From the NCBI GenBank assembly GCA_964016885.1, contig OZ024741.1:161820001-161884000 (forward strand): a stretch of DNA of 64,000 nucleotides. The letters run 5' to 3'. A program made the translations under genes and the position numbers. The notes under the pieces are model-generated. The model was not told the origin of the DNA and did not search any database. It was given only the letters and a program-made list of their open reading frames with translations. Of the stretch, positions 1 through 13,278 are shown one piece after another; position 1 is the first letter of the stretch; each line of letters opens with the position of its first letter. Source of the stretch: Eledone cirrhosa. Taxonomy: Eukaryota.

Positions 1-467
1 AGTATATAACATCACCATGACTTCATCACATTAAAAAATTTAAATCCTTGGTCTAATATTGCAAATGTTCACAATGATCTGTCCACTAGTAAAGATAATA
101 TAAATATTTAAATTAACAAATTCATGATGAACCATTAGAATGAAGTTAACCCTTTATGCCATATAGCCAATGAAGGAGCATCTATGTGGCTGCTGAAGCT
201 GTTAAAAATTGCCATAAAATCTTTCCAGTTGGTTACACCTGGCTGTTAATAATTAAATACTACAGAGGATATAATAATTCACTATTGCAAGCAATGGATG
301 GAGTGTGGAATTATGGAAGATTTGATATTATTCAGTGTTAAGTTCAATTTCTCCTACAGTAAGTTACTTATAATATGATGATTTCTGATATAATAATAAT
401 TAATATATATATAATTCTAGCAATAGCCATAATAATAATGGTCATCAGCAAAGAAAAAAGAAATATG

Positions 468-810
468 AGGCACATGGCTTAGTGGTTAGAGCAGTGGCCT
501 TGCAATCGAAAGGTTGTGAGTTCAATTCTCAGACCGGGTGATGTGTTGTTTCCTTGAGCAAGACACTTTATTTCACATTGCTCCAGTTTACTCAGCTGTA
601 GAAATGAGATGATAGGGACTGGGGTCCCTATCATTCCACTGCAAAGTGGTCGTGGAGGTGCCACGGCAAAAAAGCACCCAGCACTCACTGTAAAATGAGG
701 TTGGTGTTAGGAAGGGCATCCAGCTGTAGAAATCAAGCCAGAATCAGTTCCCATCCCACCCTTGCAAGCAGGAAAAAAGTGGACGTAAAATGAAATGATG
801 ATGATGAATA
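468..810 (+). mobile_element. tRNA-derived SINE followed by an RTE-LINE-type 3' tail ending in (GAT)n
   Basis: A-box TGGCTTAGTGG, B-box GTTCAATTC, CORE/V-like CCTTGAGCAAGACACTT. About 640-810 is the reverse complement of the RTE tail at 4870-5110 and 28585-28860. Confidence 0.7.
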
Positions 811-1293
811 GTTAAATTCCTTCTCCAAGAAGATCTTTCTTCCAACTGTTTAATGTAGCATCCTACCATTTTTTATGAAAAAAAAAAAAGATGAACATAT
901 TGTATAATGTTGTCTGAGATAAACTGTTTCTGAAAATAAAAATAAAAATTGATGGTCATGGCTAGAAACCTTTGATCAATTAGAGCTGACCTTTGCCTAA
1001 ACAATATCAAGAATTCTTTAGCCTTTTCATTGCCATATTTCTGAGAAAATAAATGAATAATTTGGAGGGATTTACTCAAATTATTTTAAGATGGTATTTA
1101 TAACATGACAAAATGGTTTATATATAAAATTATGTTGCAAGATTTTAATTTAAATAGGAGTCTTTTAAATATATGGTTGTGTTGCATAGATTCAGAGGTG
1201 GTTTTGGGTGGGTTGGTGTAAAAAGAGTTAAGTTCTCTCGAATCACAAGATATTTCATGGAAACTAAAAATGTGAAATAGACTTAGAGCTTAA

Positions 1294-1513
1294 CCCTTTT
1301 TCATTTAAACCGACCATACCCGGCCAGATTCTCTCACCTCTTTCTGTTCAAACCAGCTGTAACCGGCCACTTATACTGACATTAAGGTATTTTTCTCAAA
1401 ATGAATAATGTTAAAATCTCATAGATTCAATAATATGTGAGATAATTATGTGAGGTAAAGTGTTTACTGTGAAAATACAATAGTAAATATAGAGTAATGT
1501 AAATGCTAAAGGG
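1294..1513 (+). mobile_element. piggyBac-type MITE
   Basis: TTAA|CCCTTT...AAAGGG|TTAA termini; inverted homolog at 10597-10804. Confidence 0.75.
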
Positions 1514-1588
1514 TTAAGCGGTTAAGTACTGTCTCATCCTTTTTGTGTGTATCCCCTTCACTCTCTTAAGCTAATTTATTAATTTCAG

Positions 1589-1649
1589 TAATCCTAACCT
1601 TGTGATATACTGCTGTGACTTCTCTTCCAAAGCTATTGATCTCGTTAAG
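1589..1649 (+). CDS. METTL2: METTL2 tRNA N3-methylcytidine methyltransferase, internal exon (upstream exons lie outside the window)
   Basis: tttcag|T AAT CCT...GTT AAG|gtaaga; encodes NPNLVIYCCDFSSKAIDLVK, matching the METTL2 'VYCCDFSSTAIELV' motif. Confidence 0.9.
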
Positions 1650-1739
1650 GTAAGAATACATTCTGTTCTATACTATACTTGTTACCTTAGAGACATGTTG
1701 GATGAAGAGGATGCATTAGACTGCAACTGTATCTAGAGT

Positions 1740-2160
1740 GAGATATCCATGGAAGAAATTCCAGGAACTGAGTGTTATGCTAATGAGGAGGAGAGTGTTG
1801 CTGAAACTGAAAGGAAAAGTGTTTGCTGCTTATGAAGTGCATTGATTTATGTGATTGAGATAAGGGTTATGAATATGGAGCAGCAGAAAAAGCTTAAAGA
1901 ATGGAAATGAGAATGGTGGAGTATCACTGAGGGAGATGAACACAAACATTGAATTACAGGGGATAATGGTAATAAAACCAGCGATGTATGTTGGGAAGAG
2001 AAATGGAAATAGATGGTTGGTTATTTGTGGAGGAAGGATGAAAGTAATTGGGTGGGAGAAGTGATAGAAATGAATATGGAAGGAAGTAGATGAAGCGGAA
2101 AACCAAGAAAGATATAACTAAAGATGATTGAGAAGAGGTTGCAGATGATGGGGAAAATGA
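1740..2160 (+). mobile_element. Degenerate RTE-like LINE 3' fragment (intronic)
   Basis: Decayed 'WFGYLWR...GRRxRGKPRK'-type C-terminal RTE motifs; similar to 7680-8310. Confidence 0.45.
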
Positions 2161-2929
2161 AGAAGATTGTTATAGGGCCCACAAAGTTAACTCTGGCTTT
2201 AGCAGGTGAGGTGGACTTAAAGTGCTTGTATACTATATTTGATAAATGTGAACCCTTTTTATTAAAATCCAAGTAATGCAAGGAGTTACCTTCTTCGAAC
2301 ACTTGTTCAAAGTTTTGGCTTTTTTAAAAATAATTTCTCTTTGTCTTGTCATTGTCATGTTTCTCCATCCTCTCATGGTTTTAGCTCACCCAGCAAATGC
2401 AGTGACAGAGATAACTGACCAATTTTGTTTTATTTATTTTGTATGATTTTTTTTCAGCAGATTGCTTTCCAGCATGAGTTTAGGGCCTTGTATCACTGGT
2501 ACTAGAGATAGTGTCAAGAGTCCTCTCCATTCTGTGTCCCTTCTTATTTGTAGATACTGACCTCCTAAACATGTCTGTGATGCAGCTTGTGAAATCAACA
2601 CAGTTTCTTTGTTCATTTCTTTGTCCTTTTACTTTGTATCAGTTCTTATTTGGAATTACTACTCTCCTGGATGGGTTGCTAACAATACAGCTTGTGAACC
2701 CTAGTCTATCTTCTGTTAACCTGCCTGTAATCCCACTACATCTCTTGTGCTTCCATAGATTACACTGTTTCTGTTATTGTTGTTCAGTAATCCCAATTAG
2801 TTCTACCTGAGGAAGACTTCACTACATCAGTATTGAGAATTAATTAACAATATATTGGAAAGAGGGAGGGAAGCAGGCAGGCAGAAGCTGGGAGGACCTT
2901 AATAACAATTTACATTCCTATTTCAACAG

Positions 2930-3069
2930 CAACATCCTGAGTTTGAACCCTTGCGCTGCCACCCATTTGTATGTGACATCACCAATGAGAACTCTCCGGT
3001 GCCATTTGAAGAAAACAGCCTTGATATTATTATTATGATATTTGTCCTCAATGCTATTAGTCCAAACAA
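2930..3069 (+). CDS. METTL2: METTL2 internal exon
   Basis: caacag|CAA...AAC AA|gtaagt; QHPEFEPLRCHPFVCDITNENSPVPFEENSLDIIIMIFVLNAISPN(K), matching the 'SLDIIILIFVLSAI' motif; phases fit the flanking exons. Confidence 0.93.
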
Positions 3070-4804
3070 GTAAGTGCCACTATATCTTCACTCAACAACC
3101 ATCTTTACCATACCTCACAGTCATCATCATCAACAGCAACAACATTGTTTTTACGTCCACTTTTCCATGCTGGCATTGGTTGGGCGGGATGTTTTGAGAT
3201 AATGTTTTACAGCTGAATGCCCTTCCTGATACCAACCCTTTTAGTCACCTCTTATGACACACAGAGATATGATGTACCTAATCTAAAAACCAGCATACAC
3301 ACAGAAACTCATAATATTATTCTACTTGTTCCTTCCTACCTACACAGCTATGTTCTATTATTACTTGTTCAACAACTTTAACTATGGAATGAGATTGAAG
3401 ATGTAATTAAAATCTTCAACACAAAGAAACAATATTATGAAGATTTATCATCAACTTTGTTTTATATCTGCTATTCCATACTTACATGGGTTGGATGGGT
3501 CTTTTGCAGCACAGCATCCCTCCACTTGTCATGGACCCTTGTCTTCACTTCATAAGCTTCAGTGATTTGAGATCAGCTCTCACAGCCTCTGCCCAGGTCT
3601 TCCTAGGTCTCCTTCCACTGGGATTTTTTGACACTTTCACCCAATTACTGCTTAAAAACAGAATTAAGGAAATGTATAAGACATTAAATTTCCTTGGGTA
3701 TCGTTTATCTGTTAGTAATGTTTAATTGCTTGGAATATAGCTTCACTGAAAGTCATCAAGCTCTCAGATCAAATATTTTACATTAGCTCTGATCAAGTAC
3801 CTAGGGTTAGAAACATTCCAATCAGAACCATCTTACCTGTTTTCTTTTTGATGATGATGATGATGTATCTCAGATTATATTAGCCAATGTTATAATATGG
3901 TGTGATTTGTGGGAAAATTTGGGTGATTTTTCTAGTAGGTAGGGAGATCATCATTTGAGTCAGGTTTTATTGTTTTGAACAGGGGCAGTACTGTTATTTT
4001 CCTATTCCTTCACTTAGTTGACAAAAATAGGTACTAGGTTTATCTGGGAATATTAAATGAGAGACACAAGCTAGTGAGGAAGCTTCTGATACCATTACCT
4101 GCTAAGGATAGCAGTCCAAACTCCCTTAAATAACACTTTTGATTGATTGGATGATGTCATCATGGGAGAAACACCTTTGATCTGGATCAAGATAGCAAGT
4201 TGTGATTTGAGGGAGATTTAGCAACTATTTCTAACAGACTAAGTAACTATGTTTATTTTCCTGCCGTCATTGACTCATAATCTGGTATATTGTTGCCTTT
4301 AGTGTAGTCTATTATGATGTCTAACATTTCTAACTTCAAAACCCATTTATTCAGTAATATAGAAGAATGTGGGTGATGAGATGACCGGGTGGAAGGGTAC
4401 TTCACAAAAAGCCAATGTGTAGCTAGTGGTTTGAATCCTGTCTGTAGCAGTGCACTGTGTACATAGTTGAATCATCTCAACTGGTTCTTGAGGTCTTCAG
4501 TGGAGTTCACTGTATTGTAAACATTCTGACTTAAGTTTTTGGTTTGAGGATAACTTCCCTCTTTCTATCATTTTAGTAGGCCTCATACAAAAAGGCTCAT
4601 GGGTGTTGCCCTTCCCTCCTAGATTAAGGGCTTAAAAAAATACAATACTACCGTATTCAACCTCATTTGTAGCTCTGTGGAAGTCGCTCTAGTATGTTAC
4701 TTTCAGGTCAGTCTGTCAGTTGACTTGGTTTTTCTTGTTTTGCTTTGTGAATCCAAATTAGAATCAAATGATTTTTTTGCATGCATATGTTTTTGTACAC
4801 AGGT

Positions 4805-6695
4805 TCATCATCATCATTATCAAATAACATCTGTCTTCCCTGCTAGCAAGGGTTAAATAGGTCTTCACATCATCACCGTTTTATGACCATTCTTCCACGC
4901 TAGCATGGGTTAGACAGGTTGTCCTGTTGTGGGCAGTAGCCGGTCAGCTGACCATGTCTTGCTCATACGGGAACTGATTTTGGCTTGATTTCTACAGCTG
5001 GATGCCCTTCCTAACACCAACCTCTTTTACAGTGAGTGCTGGGTGCCCTTTTTCCGTGGCGCCTAGACGGTCACTTTACGGTGTGGGCTAGGTGCTTTTT
5101 TGCAGTGGGAGGGGGTGGGAGCATATTCTCTATATGAAGTTGGGTCTTCTGTATTACTGCATGACGCCAGAGGTCATGGTCATGTGTCATCGCCTTTGAG
5201 AGTTGCAGTTGGGTAAGGTCGGCTTTTATCAGCTCATCCCAGGTTTTCTTGGGTCTCCTCACTCCACAGCTTCCATCAACTTCTAGTGCTCTGCACCTTT
5301 TTATGCAGCTGTCATCCTTCATACGCATCACATGCCCATACCAACGCAACCTCCTCTCCTGCACACAGCATTTGATTCCTCTTATGCTCAGTCTCTCTCT
5401 CAAATCATTTATGCTTTGCCGTTCACGTATATTACTATTACATCAGAGCATGTAAGCTTCATTTCTTTCTAATCTACGCAAGTCTTCTACACACAATGCC
5501 CAGGTCTCACTACCATGGGCCATTGCTGTTTGTATGCATGCATCATACAGTCTGCCTTTCATTTTAAGGGAAAAGCCTTTTGCAGTTAGCAGTGGCAGTA
5601 GCTCCCTGAACTTCTTCTATCGCGTTCTTATCCTGGTTACTGTACTTTCCAAACACCGATCTCTGCTGTTAATTCAGTCACCTAGGTAGCAGAAGCTGTC
5701 TACTGTATCTACAGAGCCCTCCCAGAGTTTGGTGGTGCTTGTTTCCTGTGGCCATGTGTTGCTTGCTGTGTCGGTGCAGCTGCTACATGTAAAGCCTACA
5801 TTCTTAGCTAAGCTTCCTGAGATCCCACTATATCTCTTGTGTACCCATTGTTTGCATTTGGGGAAGAGGATGGAGTTCCTACCAACACCTTTCCTACATA
5901 CTGAGCAAGACCATTTCCCTGAGGGGATCTAGGTTCTGTTTTCTCATCTACTTATGAGGACTTTAGTCTTTGTCAGGTTGACTTTGAGACCCTTTCTTTC
6001 TCATCCCTGCTTTCATGTTTGGAATTTCTTATCTAGTTTCACTATAGATTCAGCTATAAGTCTGAGATCATCTGCATACAGGAGCTCCCATGGGCATTCG
6101 GTCTTAAACTCCTCCGTTATTGCCTGCAATATTATAGTAAACAGGAGAGGGCTGAGAACAGAGCCCTGGTGGACACTAACCTGTATGCTAAATTCCTCAC
6201 CATAGTCATTGTTAACCCTAACATTGCTGACTGCTCTCCTATACATGGCTTGTACAGCTTTCACAAGCCATTCATCTACTCCTAGTTTTCTAAGAGCCCA
6301 CCAGATTATAGCAGGGGGCACTCTGTCGAAGGCTTTTTCCAGATCGACAAATGCCAGGTAGAGCGGATTTCTTTTAGCCAGGTACTTTTCCTGTAACTGC
6401 CTCACAAGGAAGAGGGCATCAGTGGTGCCTTTTCCTGGCACAAACCCAAATTGCGTCTCATCTAGTTTTACTCAGTCCCTAATCAACTGTGCTATAACTC
6501 TTTCCATCAGCTTTATACCTCTATAGTTTCCTTTATCTAGTGCAACACCTTTACCCTTGTAGCAGTTGACAATGATGCTACTGCACCAATCCTTTGGTAT
6601 GACACCCTCTATTATTACCTGGTTAACAATACGTGTGGTTATGGTGTGACCTACTGACCCAGATGCTTTCAGCATCTCGGCAGCTGAGTCAATAC
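4805..6695 (-). mobile_element. RTE-clade LINE, 5'-truncated and degenerate (intronic)
   Basis: ORFs 6472-6699, 6013-6441 (FVDLEKAFDRV, QGSVLSPLLF, YADD) and 5071-5403 (RRLRWYGHVMR); tail ends in (GAT)n. Confidence 0.92.
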
Positions 6696-7223
6696 TCAAG
6701 CAGTGCTGCTGACCTCTTGGATGAGCTGGAGGCCTACATCTTGCTTACATACACTCCTGTGCTCTACTGAGAGCGTATTATTGTGGGACCAGCATGTCTT
6801 TTATACAGCTGAAGGGTCCTTCTGATCCTTTTTTGGTAGGTTTTCTCTAGCTGATGCCCTTCCTATCACAACCACTTTCCAGAATGTACTGGTTACATTT
6901 ATCATGTAGACCACCAACATTAAGGAGGATATCATGTCTGACATAGCTGTATATTAGCTTCTGTGCAGTACTGACAGGGTAGGTCAATGGTCAAGGACAT
7001 TCCAGTGATGACCATTTCATCTTTTATTCAGACATAATATTATTTAGTTACATTATTCAATGTATCTTTTTCATTTTTTAAAATGGTAGGGTGTGATTTG
7101 AGGTTTGGCTGTTATTTCAAGTGACACATAGAGGCTCCCATGTGCATGTAAAGATGTATAGCATATTGAATTTCATCTCTTACATGGATTGTGTATTGTT
7201 ATTTGCTGCATTTTTCTCTACAG

Positions 7224-7330
7224 GATGCAACAAACAGTTAACAGGTTAAGCAGTTACTTGAAACCAGGAGGTCTTCTACTTTTCAGAGATTATGGCCGAT
7301 ATGACATGGCCCAGCTCCGATTCAAGAAAG
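7224..7330 (+). CDS. METTL2: METTL2 internal exon
   Basis: ctacag|G ATG CAA...AAG AAA G|gtaagc; [35 protein letters not shown]. Confidence 0.96.
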
Positions 7331-7603
7331 GTAAGCAGATTTACTTCAACAAATTGCGAGATTATTGTTGATATGAAGTGTTGAACTACTGAACCACATG
7401 GTCATAAATTCAAATCTGTCTACAGCTGTTTTCTTTTTTGTGTAGACATGGGTGTGTTGTTAAGAAGCTTGCTTTATAAGCATGAGATCCTAGGTTCAAT
7501 CTTACTGAATAGCACTTTAGGTATATGTCTTCTATCATATCCTAGGTATTGTAATCTCAAGCCTTGTGAAGGGAATTTTCTTGATGGAACTATATGCAAA
7601 CCT

Positions 7604-7639
<36 letters not shown>

Positions 7640-7679
7640 CATGTGTGTGTATATATATGTGTGGCCTGTCTATGAGAGC

Positions 7680-8310
7680 TCAAAATTTACTGTAAAGAGA
7701 AGTTGAACTTTGTATGTGGCAGATGCACAGGAGAAATAAGCACATGTGCAATAGATTTTTACAGTTTCTTGGGAGGATCCTTAGCAATGGCGGAGGATGT
7801 TCAGAGAGTGTAGTAGCTAGAGTAAGAACAGTTTGGGAAAAAAGTTAGAGAGCTGTCACCTCTGCTAACAACAAAACGTTTCTCTCTCAGGGAAAAGATA
7901 GACTGTATGATGCTTGTGTATGAACTGCAATACTACATGGCAGTGAAACATGGACCTTGGCTGCAGAATATCTGCAAAGGGTAATTAGAAATGAAGCAAG
8001 TATGCTGTTGTGGGTGTGCATGAACAATGTAGCATAAGTGAAGCGAGAGAAAAACTCGGTATAAGAGGAATCCAGTGTGGTGTGCAAGAGAGAACACTAC
8101 ACTGATATGGACATGTGATGCACATGAAAGATGACATCTGTATAAAGAAGTGCTGAGAAATCTCAGTGGATGGGATTCATGGAAGAGGCAGACCAAGGAA
8201 GACATAGGATGAAGTAGTGGAGGCTGACTTTAGGAAGCTGAACCACATGACTGAGATAACCACAGGACTGCAATGACTAGCGACATATAGGGCTGGAGAA
8301 GACCTGCTTA
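7680..8310 (+). mobile_element. RTE LINE 3' fragment, opposite in orientation to the 4805-6695 copy
   Basis: LYDACV...LHGSETW...RGIQCGVQER...WYGHVM motifs with stops and frameshifts. Confidence 0.8.
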
Positions 8311-8927
8311 TAAAAACATGGTGCCTCTTCCTGAATTTCTGCTAAATCATCACACCCACACCGCACCAAACTTGTCTTCAGTGCAGATGTGACTTGGCCA
8401 GCTCTAACCCACTCATATTCCCCTACACCATTGCTCTTTAACAACTACCCTCATTATCACTGTACCTACTTTATCCAAGAGTACTATTTTTCAACAGTGT
8501 GTAGCTTTGTCAACCCTGCTACCATTTCTGTTCATTAAAAAAAATCAAACTCAGTGCTCTAATTATTATTGGCACTGTCTATAATTCATGCTCAATACTT
8601 TGTTATTTCAATGTCAAGATCCTTGTATTTTGTCAGTTTTCCTCTTCTTTACAGGCAATATTTTGGTCTTAGGGAATCTGGATATCTTTCAGTGTGCATC
8701 CATTTTCTTTTCTTTTTTCAGTCCTTTATTATACCTAGATGCCTTGATCTTTTTGTCAGTTTGACCGAGTCATTGTCATGTACTGTATTTGGTACATATT
8801 TATACCACTTCTTGTATCAGTGAAGTGTTGTGGAGTTAATTACCTCTCCCTCACCTCCTGAAATATGTGTCGCTAATGTATGAAATTCTTATTCATCTTA
8901 CCTTTCATTATCTGTTGCCACCTACAG

Positions 8928-8993
8928 GTAGATGCTTGTCAGAAAACTTCTATGTACGTCAAGATGGTACTCGAGTATATTTCTTTACCCAAG
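8928..8993 (+). CDS. METTL2: METTL2 internal exon
   Basis: ctacag|GT AGA TGC...ACC CAA G|gtatgt; (G)[21 protein letters not shown]. Confidence 0.96.
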
Positions 8994-9059
8994 GTATGTG
9001 ATTTCACTTTTAAGCATTTGAGAGTACGAAGCTTACTAAATACACATATATACACATCA

Positions 9060-10190
9060 CAAGCCAACATGGGGAGCATCTTTGATTATAGGGCTTCTTG
9101 ATCAGGACTAACCCAGTACTAAAGAATAACTAAACAACTATACAAGGACATAGTGGACAATGCAGTCTCTGTTATACCTAAAGATAGAGTAGCTAGGATG
9201 GAACATCTTTGATCATAGGTCTGCTCAGTCAAGGCTGGTCTGGGGCTAAACAACAGCAACAGTAAATAAACTAGGACATATTGAACAATGTCATCCCTGA
9301 TTTACAAAAAAAAGGTCAGATGGTCATGAGTGGAATGTCTTTGATCATAGGTTTGCTTGATTGTTGGCTGGCTTGGAGCTAAACAATATTAATGTCAATT
9401 ATAAACTTCAAAGCAAATTGTAAGTGTTGTGATAAAAACATATATCTAACATTTGAATTCTGGAGTGTGCCATTTGGTTGATATAATTGTTGACAGTAAT
9501 GTTTTTCTTGTTTAGTCCTAGGTATTTCCCTTCTATTGCTGTCTACTCCATGGCAAACAAAATTAGGGTCTTAATCTGTTGTTTAACCCTGGGTTATCCT
9601 TGATCAAGCATACCTATGATCAAAGACATTCTATCTGTAACCATACCATCCTTTTGTCTGTCAAGGACAACATTGTTCAGTGTATTCTTTTTTTATTTAA
9701 GATGGTAGTGTTGAATTTGAAGAAGATTTAGCTGCTATTTCTAGCATGGGTCAAATAACTCCATAAAAGCTTCTTATTTGGCTCACAGATATGGTGGTTG
9801 GGATGATATTATATACTTTCTACAATGTGTATGAAGTTATATGGTTACTTATTTATAAAGTAAGTTAGCGACTGCAGGTTTAAACTTTACTTTAGAAGCA
9901 TCCTTGAACCAAAGAAGGAGTTACAAGTAATAGTCAAATTTCTTAAATCACACCCTACTCTCTTAAAAAAAGTAAAGGAAGACACATTGGAAAATATTGT
10001 CCTAGATACACTATAGCTGTTTATGGGATGTTTATGGCTGGAATGTCTTTAGTCATAAAGCTTCTTGGTCAAAGTAACCCTGGGCTACAAAAGTTAACTC
10101 ACAAGGCAATGGGAAACTTTTACTCAGTCACATAGCTGCTAGAAATAACAGTCAAATCTTCTTCAAATTTCATATCCTGCCATCATACCT
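9060..10190. repeat. Cluster of a dispersed SINE-like repeat ending 'gatcataggtctgct..ctggggctaaacaacaac'
   Basis: Partial copies at 9060-9390 (three), 9575-9770 (-) and 9930-10100. Others at 3770-3950, 4100-4250, 11510-11680, 32150-32335, 43990-44080 and 44630-44700. Confidence 0.65.
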
Positions 10191-10258
10191 GACAATAATT
10201 ACCAAAATTAAAACTTCTCAGAATTAACCCTTCAGATATATTTTTCTTTTACACTCAG

Positions 10259-10407
10259 ATGAGCTAAGAGAGATGTTTTCTCAGGCTGGCCTGGTAGAAG
10301 AACAGAACATCATCGACCGACGCCTTCAGGTGAATAGAAGTCGACAACTGAAGATGTATCGTGTGTGGATCCAGTGTAAATATCGCAAGCCTTTGTCAAC
10401 GAGTTAA
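10259..10407 (+). CDS. METTL2: METTL2 terminal coding exon
   Basis: actcag|AT GAG CTA...AGT TAA; (D)ELREMFSQAGLVEEQNIIDRRLQVNRSRQLKMYRVWIQCKYRKPLSTS*, the typical METTL2 C-terminus. Confidence 0.96.
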
Positions 10408-10442
10408 TTGTTATTTTCTTAGTCTACATTGAAATTTAGTAA

Positions 10443-10448
10443 AATAAA
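10443..10448 (+). promoter_or_regulatory. Candidate polyadenylation signal of METTL2 (alternatives at 10808 and 10911)
   Basis: AATAAA 36 nt after the stop codon, followed by T/GT-rich sequence. Confidence 0.45.
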
Positions 10449-10596
10449 AATAAATTTATTAATTTAAAAAGAAACAAAGAAACTTAATACAAACTGTTTT
10501 TCTTATTTGAAATGTGTATATGTCTATCATGTATTTGTGTGTATACATTTGTAACTATTATGGCTTTTGTAGTTTAAGCAATTATATATTGTTTAG

Positions 10597-10804
10597 CCCT
10601 TTAGTATTTACATTACTTTATATATATTATTATATTTTTACAGTAAAGGCTTTACCTCACATAATATTGAATCTGTGAGATTTTGATATTATTTATTTTG
10701 AGAAAAATACCGTAACATCAGTATCAGTGGCCAGTTACAGCCAGTTTGAACAGAAAGAGGTGAAAGAATTCTGACCGGATATGGCTAGTTTAAATGTTAA
10801 AGGG
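10597..10804 (-). mobile_element. piggyBac-type MITE, same family as 1294-1513
   Basis: TTAG|CCCTTT...AAAGGG|TTAA; reverse-complement similarity to 1294-1513. Confidence 0.75.
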
Positions 10805-11989
10805 TTAAATAAAGCAATGTGAAAAAATAATGACAGGATAGCAAAATATACAATTTTGCTTGTATGTGTGTCTATCTGTATGCATACGTGTTTATGTTTT
10901 AATGTTATTTAATAAAGCATAAGATCAACTTAACTAATGATAAGCTGTTGCATGCTTACCCTTACATAATCCTGCTGTATTTTAGTAGAAAATACTCTGC
11001 ATTATCTTAGAACATTATATACATAACTATATTGGATTTCCAGTATAGTCATTAGTTTTTAAAACAATAGGGAGATGTAGCTGCCATTCTTAGCATATCA
11101 AGAGACTGCAAAGAGGACCCCACATTAGATGACATCTCCAGACACAGCTGCACAAATACTCTAACCTTGCATCAATTATATAGAAACCTGGCATCTAAAC
11201 CACAGGCTTAAAGTAACACCTATCATCTCCCTTAACACCAACCCAAGAGAACATCATATACAACCAAACATTACACTCTGCACTATAAATAATACATACA
11301 GAGAAGACAAAAATATGTGGGGCTACACACAAATCACAATACACATACAATACATAGTAAGAAAGTAAAATATTATGCAAAAAAACATACTTAAGATCAA
11401 TCACATTTAGTCAACGAAAAGAAACATTAGCATACAGACAATACATTTGAGCCATCATACATTATGCCTGTCCTGCCTTGGCCTTCAAACTATGAAGAAA
11501 TGGCACCTCTACATGGTTGCCCAACCTGCTAGAAATAGTAGCTAAATTTACCTCAACTGTCTTAAATAATGGAAGGATGTATTGGATAATATAATTCTAG
11601 ATGTCTTAAAAAGATGGGATGGTTACTGCTGGAATGCCTTTGATAATAGATTTACTCAATTAGGGCTGACCTATAACTAAAGAATTAGTACAAACGGTGC
11701 ACTTCACTTCATCACAGCAAAGACCACCTGGGTATGTAAGTGTACAATTTGTTGCAGTCAGCTCCTGCCCACATGTTCTCTGCTATTGTGTGTACAATCC
11801 ACTCATTCCCTGCTACTGCATGTACCGTCACCTCTAAACAAACACACTTTTACAACTCAGTAAAGCAGCAGCAACCTCAGAAAACTATCCTTCCTACTCA
11901 ATCTTGACAAATATAAAAAAAACACATCCACACAGAAATAGTAACAACAATATCAATAGCCTCATTAGATCCAAAACTGTGCTGAGATG

Positions 11990-13030
11990 TGCTCTGGCAA
12001 TAATAAATATATAAGAACAGCTTTTGGACTAAAATCACTTTGCTAATCTGCATTGTGGACACCAACAAAGTATATTGATGTTAATATCTGCATTCAGTGT
12101 GAAACATAGGAGATATGCAACATCTGATTTGATGACCTTGAATGGCAACAAGCCACCTTAGCTGTTAGATATGGTTGCCTTGGACTTAGGTCCCCAGTTT
12201 CATTAATATTGCCAATATTTTTTTTGCTACTGACTTCCTGTTGTGCCCTTATCAACAAAGTTCTCCTCAATACAATCAGTGTACTCAGGAGCCAACTTGG
12301 CTTCCATTCTATGGCTGTTCAATCTCTCCAATGCAAATGGGACACAATCCAGTGTGACAAAGACCCAAGCAGGCTTGTGCACTCTGTCTTATGTTTTCAC
12401 TCTGTCTCCCAACTCCATAGTAGTGCTTGGCAGAATTCTGTACATTCACAATTAACTTATACTCAGCTGGACAGCAACTGTCTGTGTATCAATGTTTCCT
12501 TCAGGCTTTGTTTGCAGATCTGCAAGCAACACAAATGCCATTGTAGGTACACTGTAGAGACTTTCGGTCTTCACCCGCTGTTATGTTACTTCAGTGCAGG
12601 CTGCCTCTCATTACATGCTGCTTGCAATAAGATTGGTAAGCATGGCTTAGACACAGCTGGCTTCCCTTCACAGCTTGAATTGATAGTTAGAAAGAGAGGA
12701 CAGCAAAAGACCAGATGGCACCACAATCTTGTTGGCGGTGGTAAGCCCCACATCTGGGATGCAATATGCTGCAACACTTTCTCCAGCAGCAACCTGGTGA
12801 ATTCAGTGACATAAGTTTCATTACTCAATAAACTGAAGATTGCAAGTTACTGAAGTACCAGCTACTTTCTGATAAGTTTATTATGGAAACTTCTGGTGTC
12901 TTTGATCCCTAAACCACCTTCTTATTTATTGGATCAAGATAAAATTGGCCATCTGCAAGCTGGACTGGCTCATTCTGCACATCTTTCTCACTATTCTACA
13001 GGGTGACACCTTTGTAATTTTGTCTGTTGG
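11990..13030 (+). mobile_element. Degenerate CRE-clade (RLE-type) non-LTR retrotransposon 3' fragment
   Basis: WQQATL..RYG.LGLRSP, CCHC-like CHCRYTV..GLHPLLC, RPDG and WDAIC endonuclease remnants; homologous to 47010-47635. Confidence 0.7.
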
Positions 13031-13235
13031 GACCATTGCACAACATTTACCTGATATTTTGCACTTCAGAGAGAAAGAATAAAAGAATGTGACAACCTTT
13101 TATTGGCACATTTGTGCTGTTCATGTTAGTTAAGACATACAGATATACATACATACATTTAAAGATTGTGACTGAACTTCAAAATATTTAGGAAATAAAT
13201 ATAAAAACAATCTTTAAATGAATGTATGGACGAAT

Positions 13236-13278
<43 letters not shown>

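Noticed and set aside
468-545. tRNA gene (also at 33450-33520)
   Set aside because: A/B boxes are present but there is no full cloverleaf, and it continues into a SINE core.
1-1588. Upstream METTL2 exon carrying the VGCGVGN SAM-binding motif
   Set aside because: Not found here; presumably upstream of the window.
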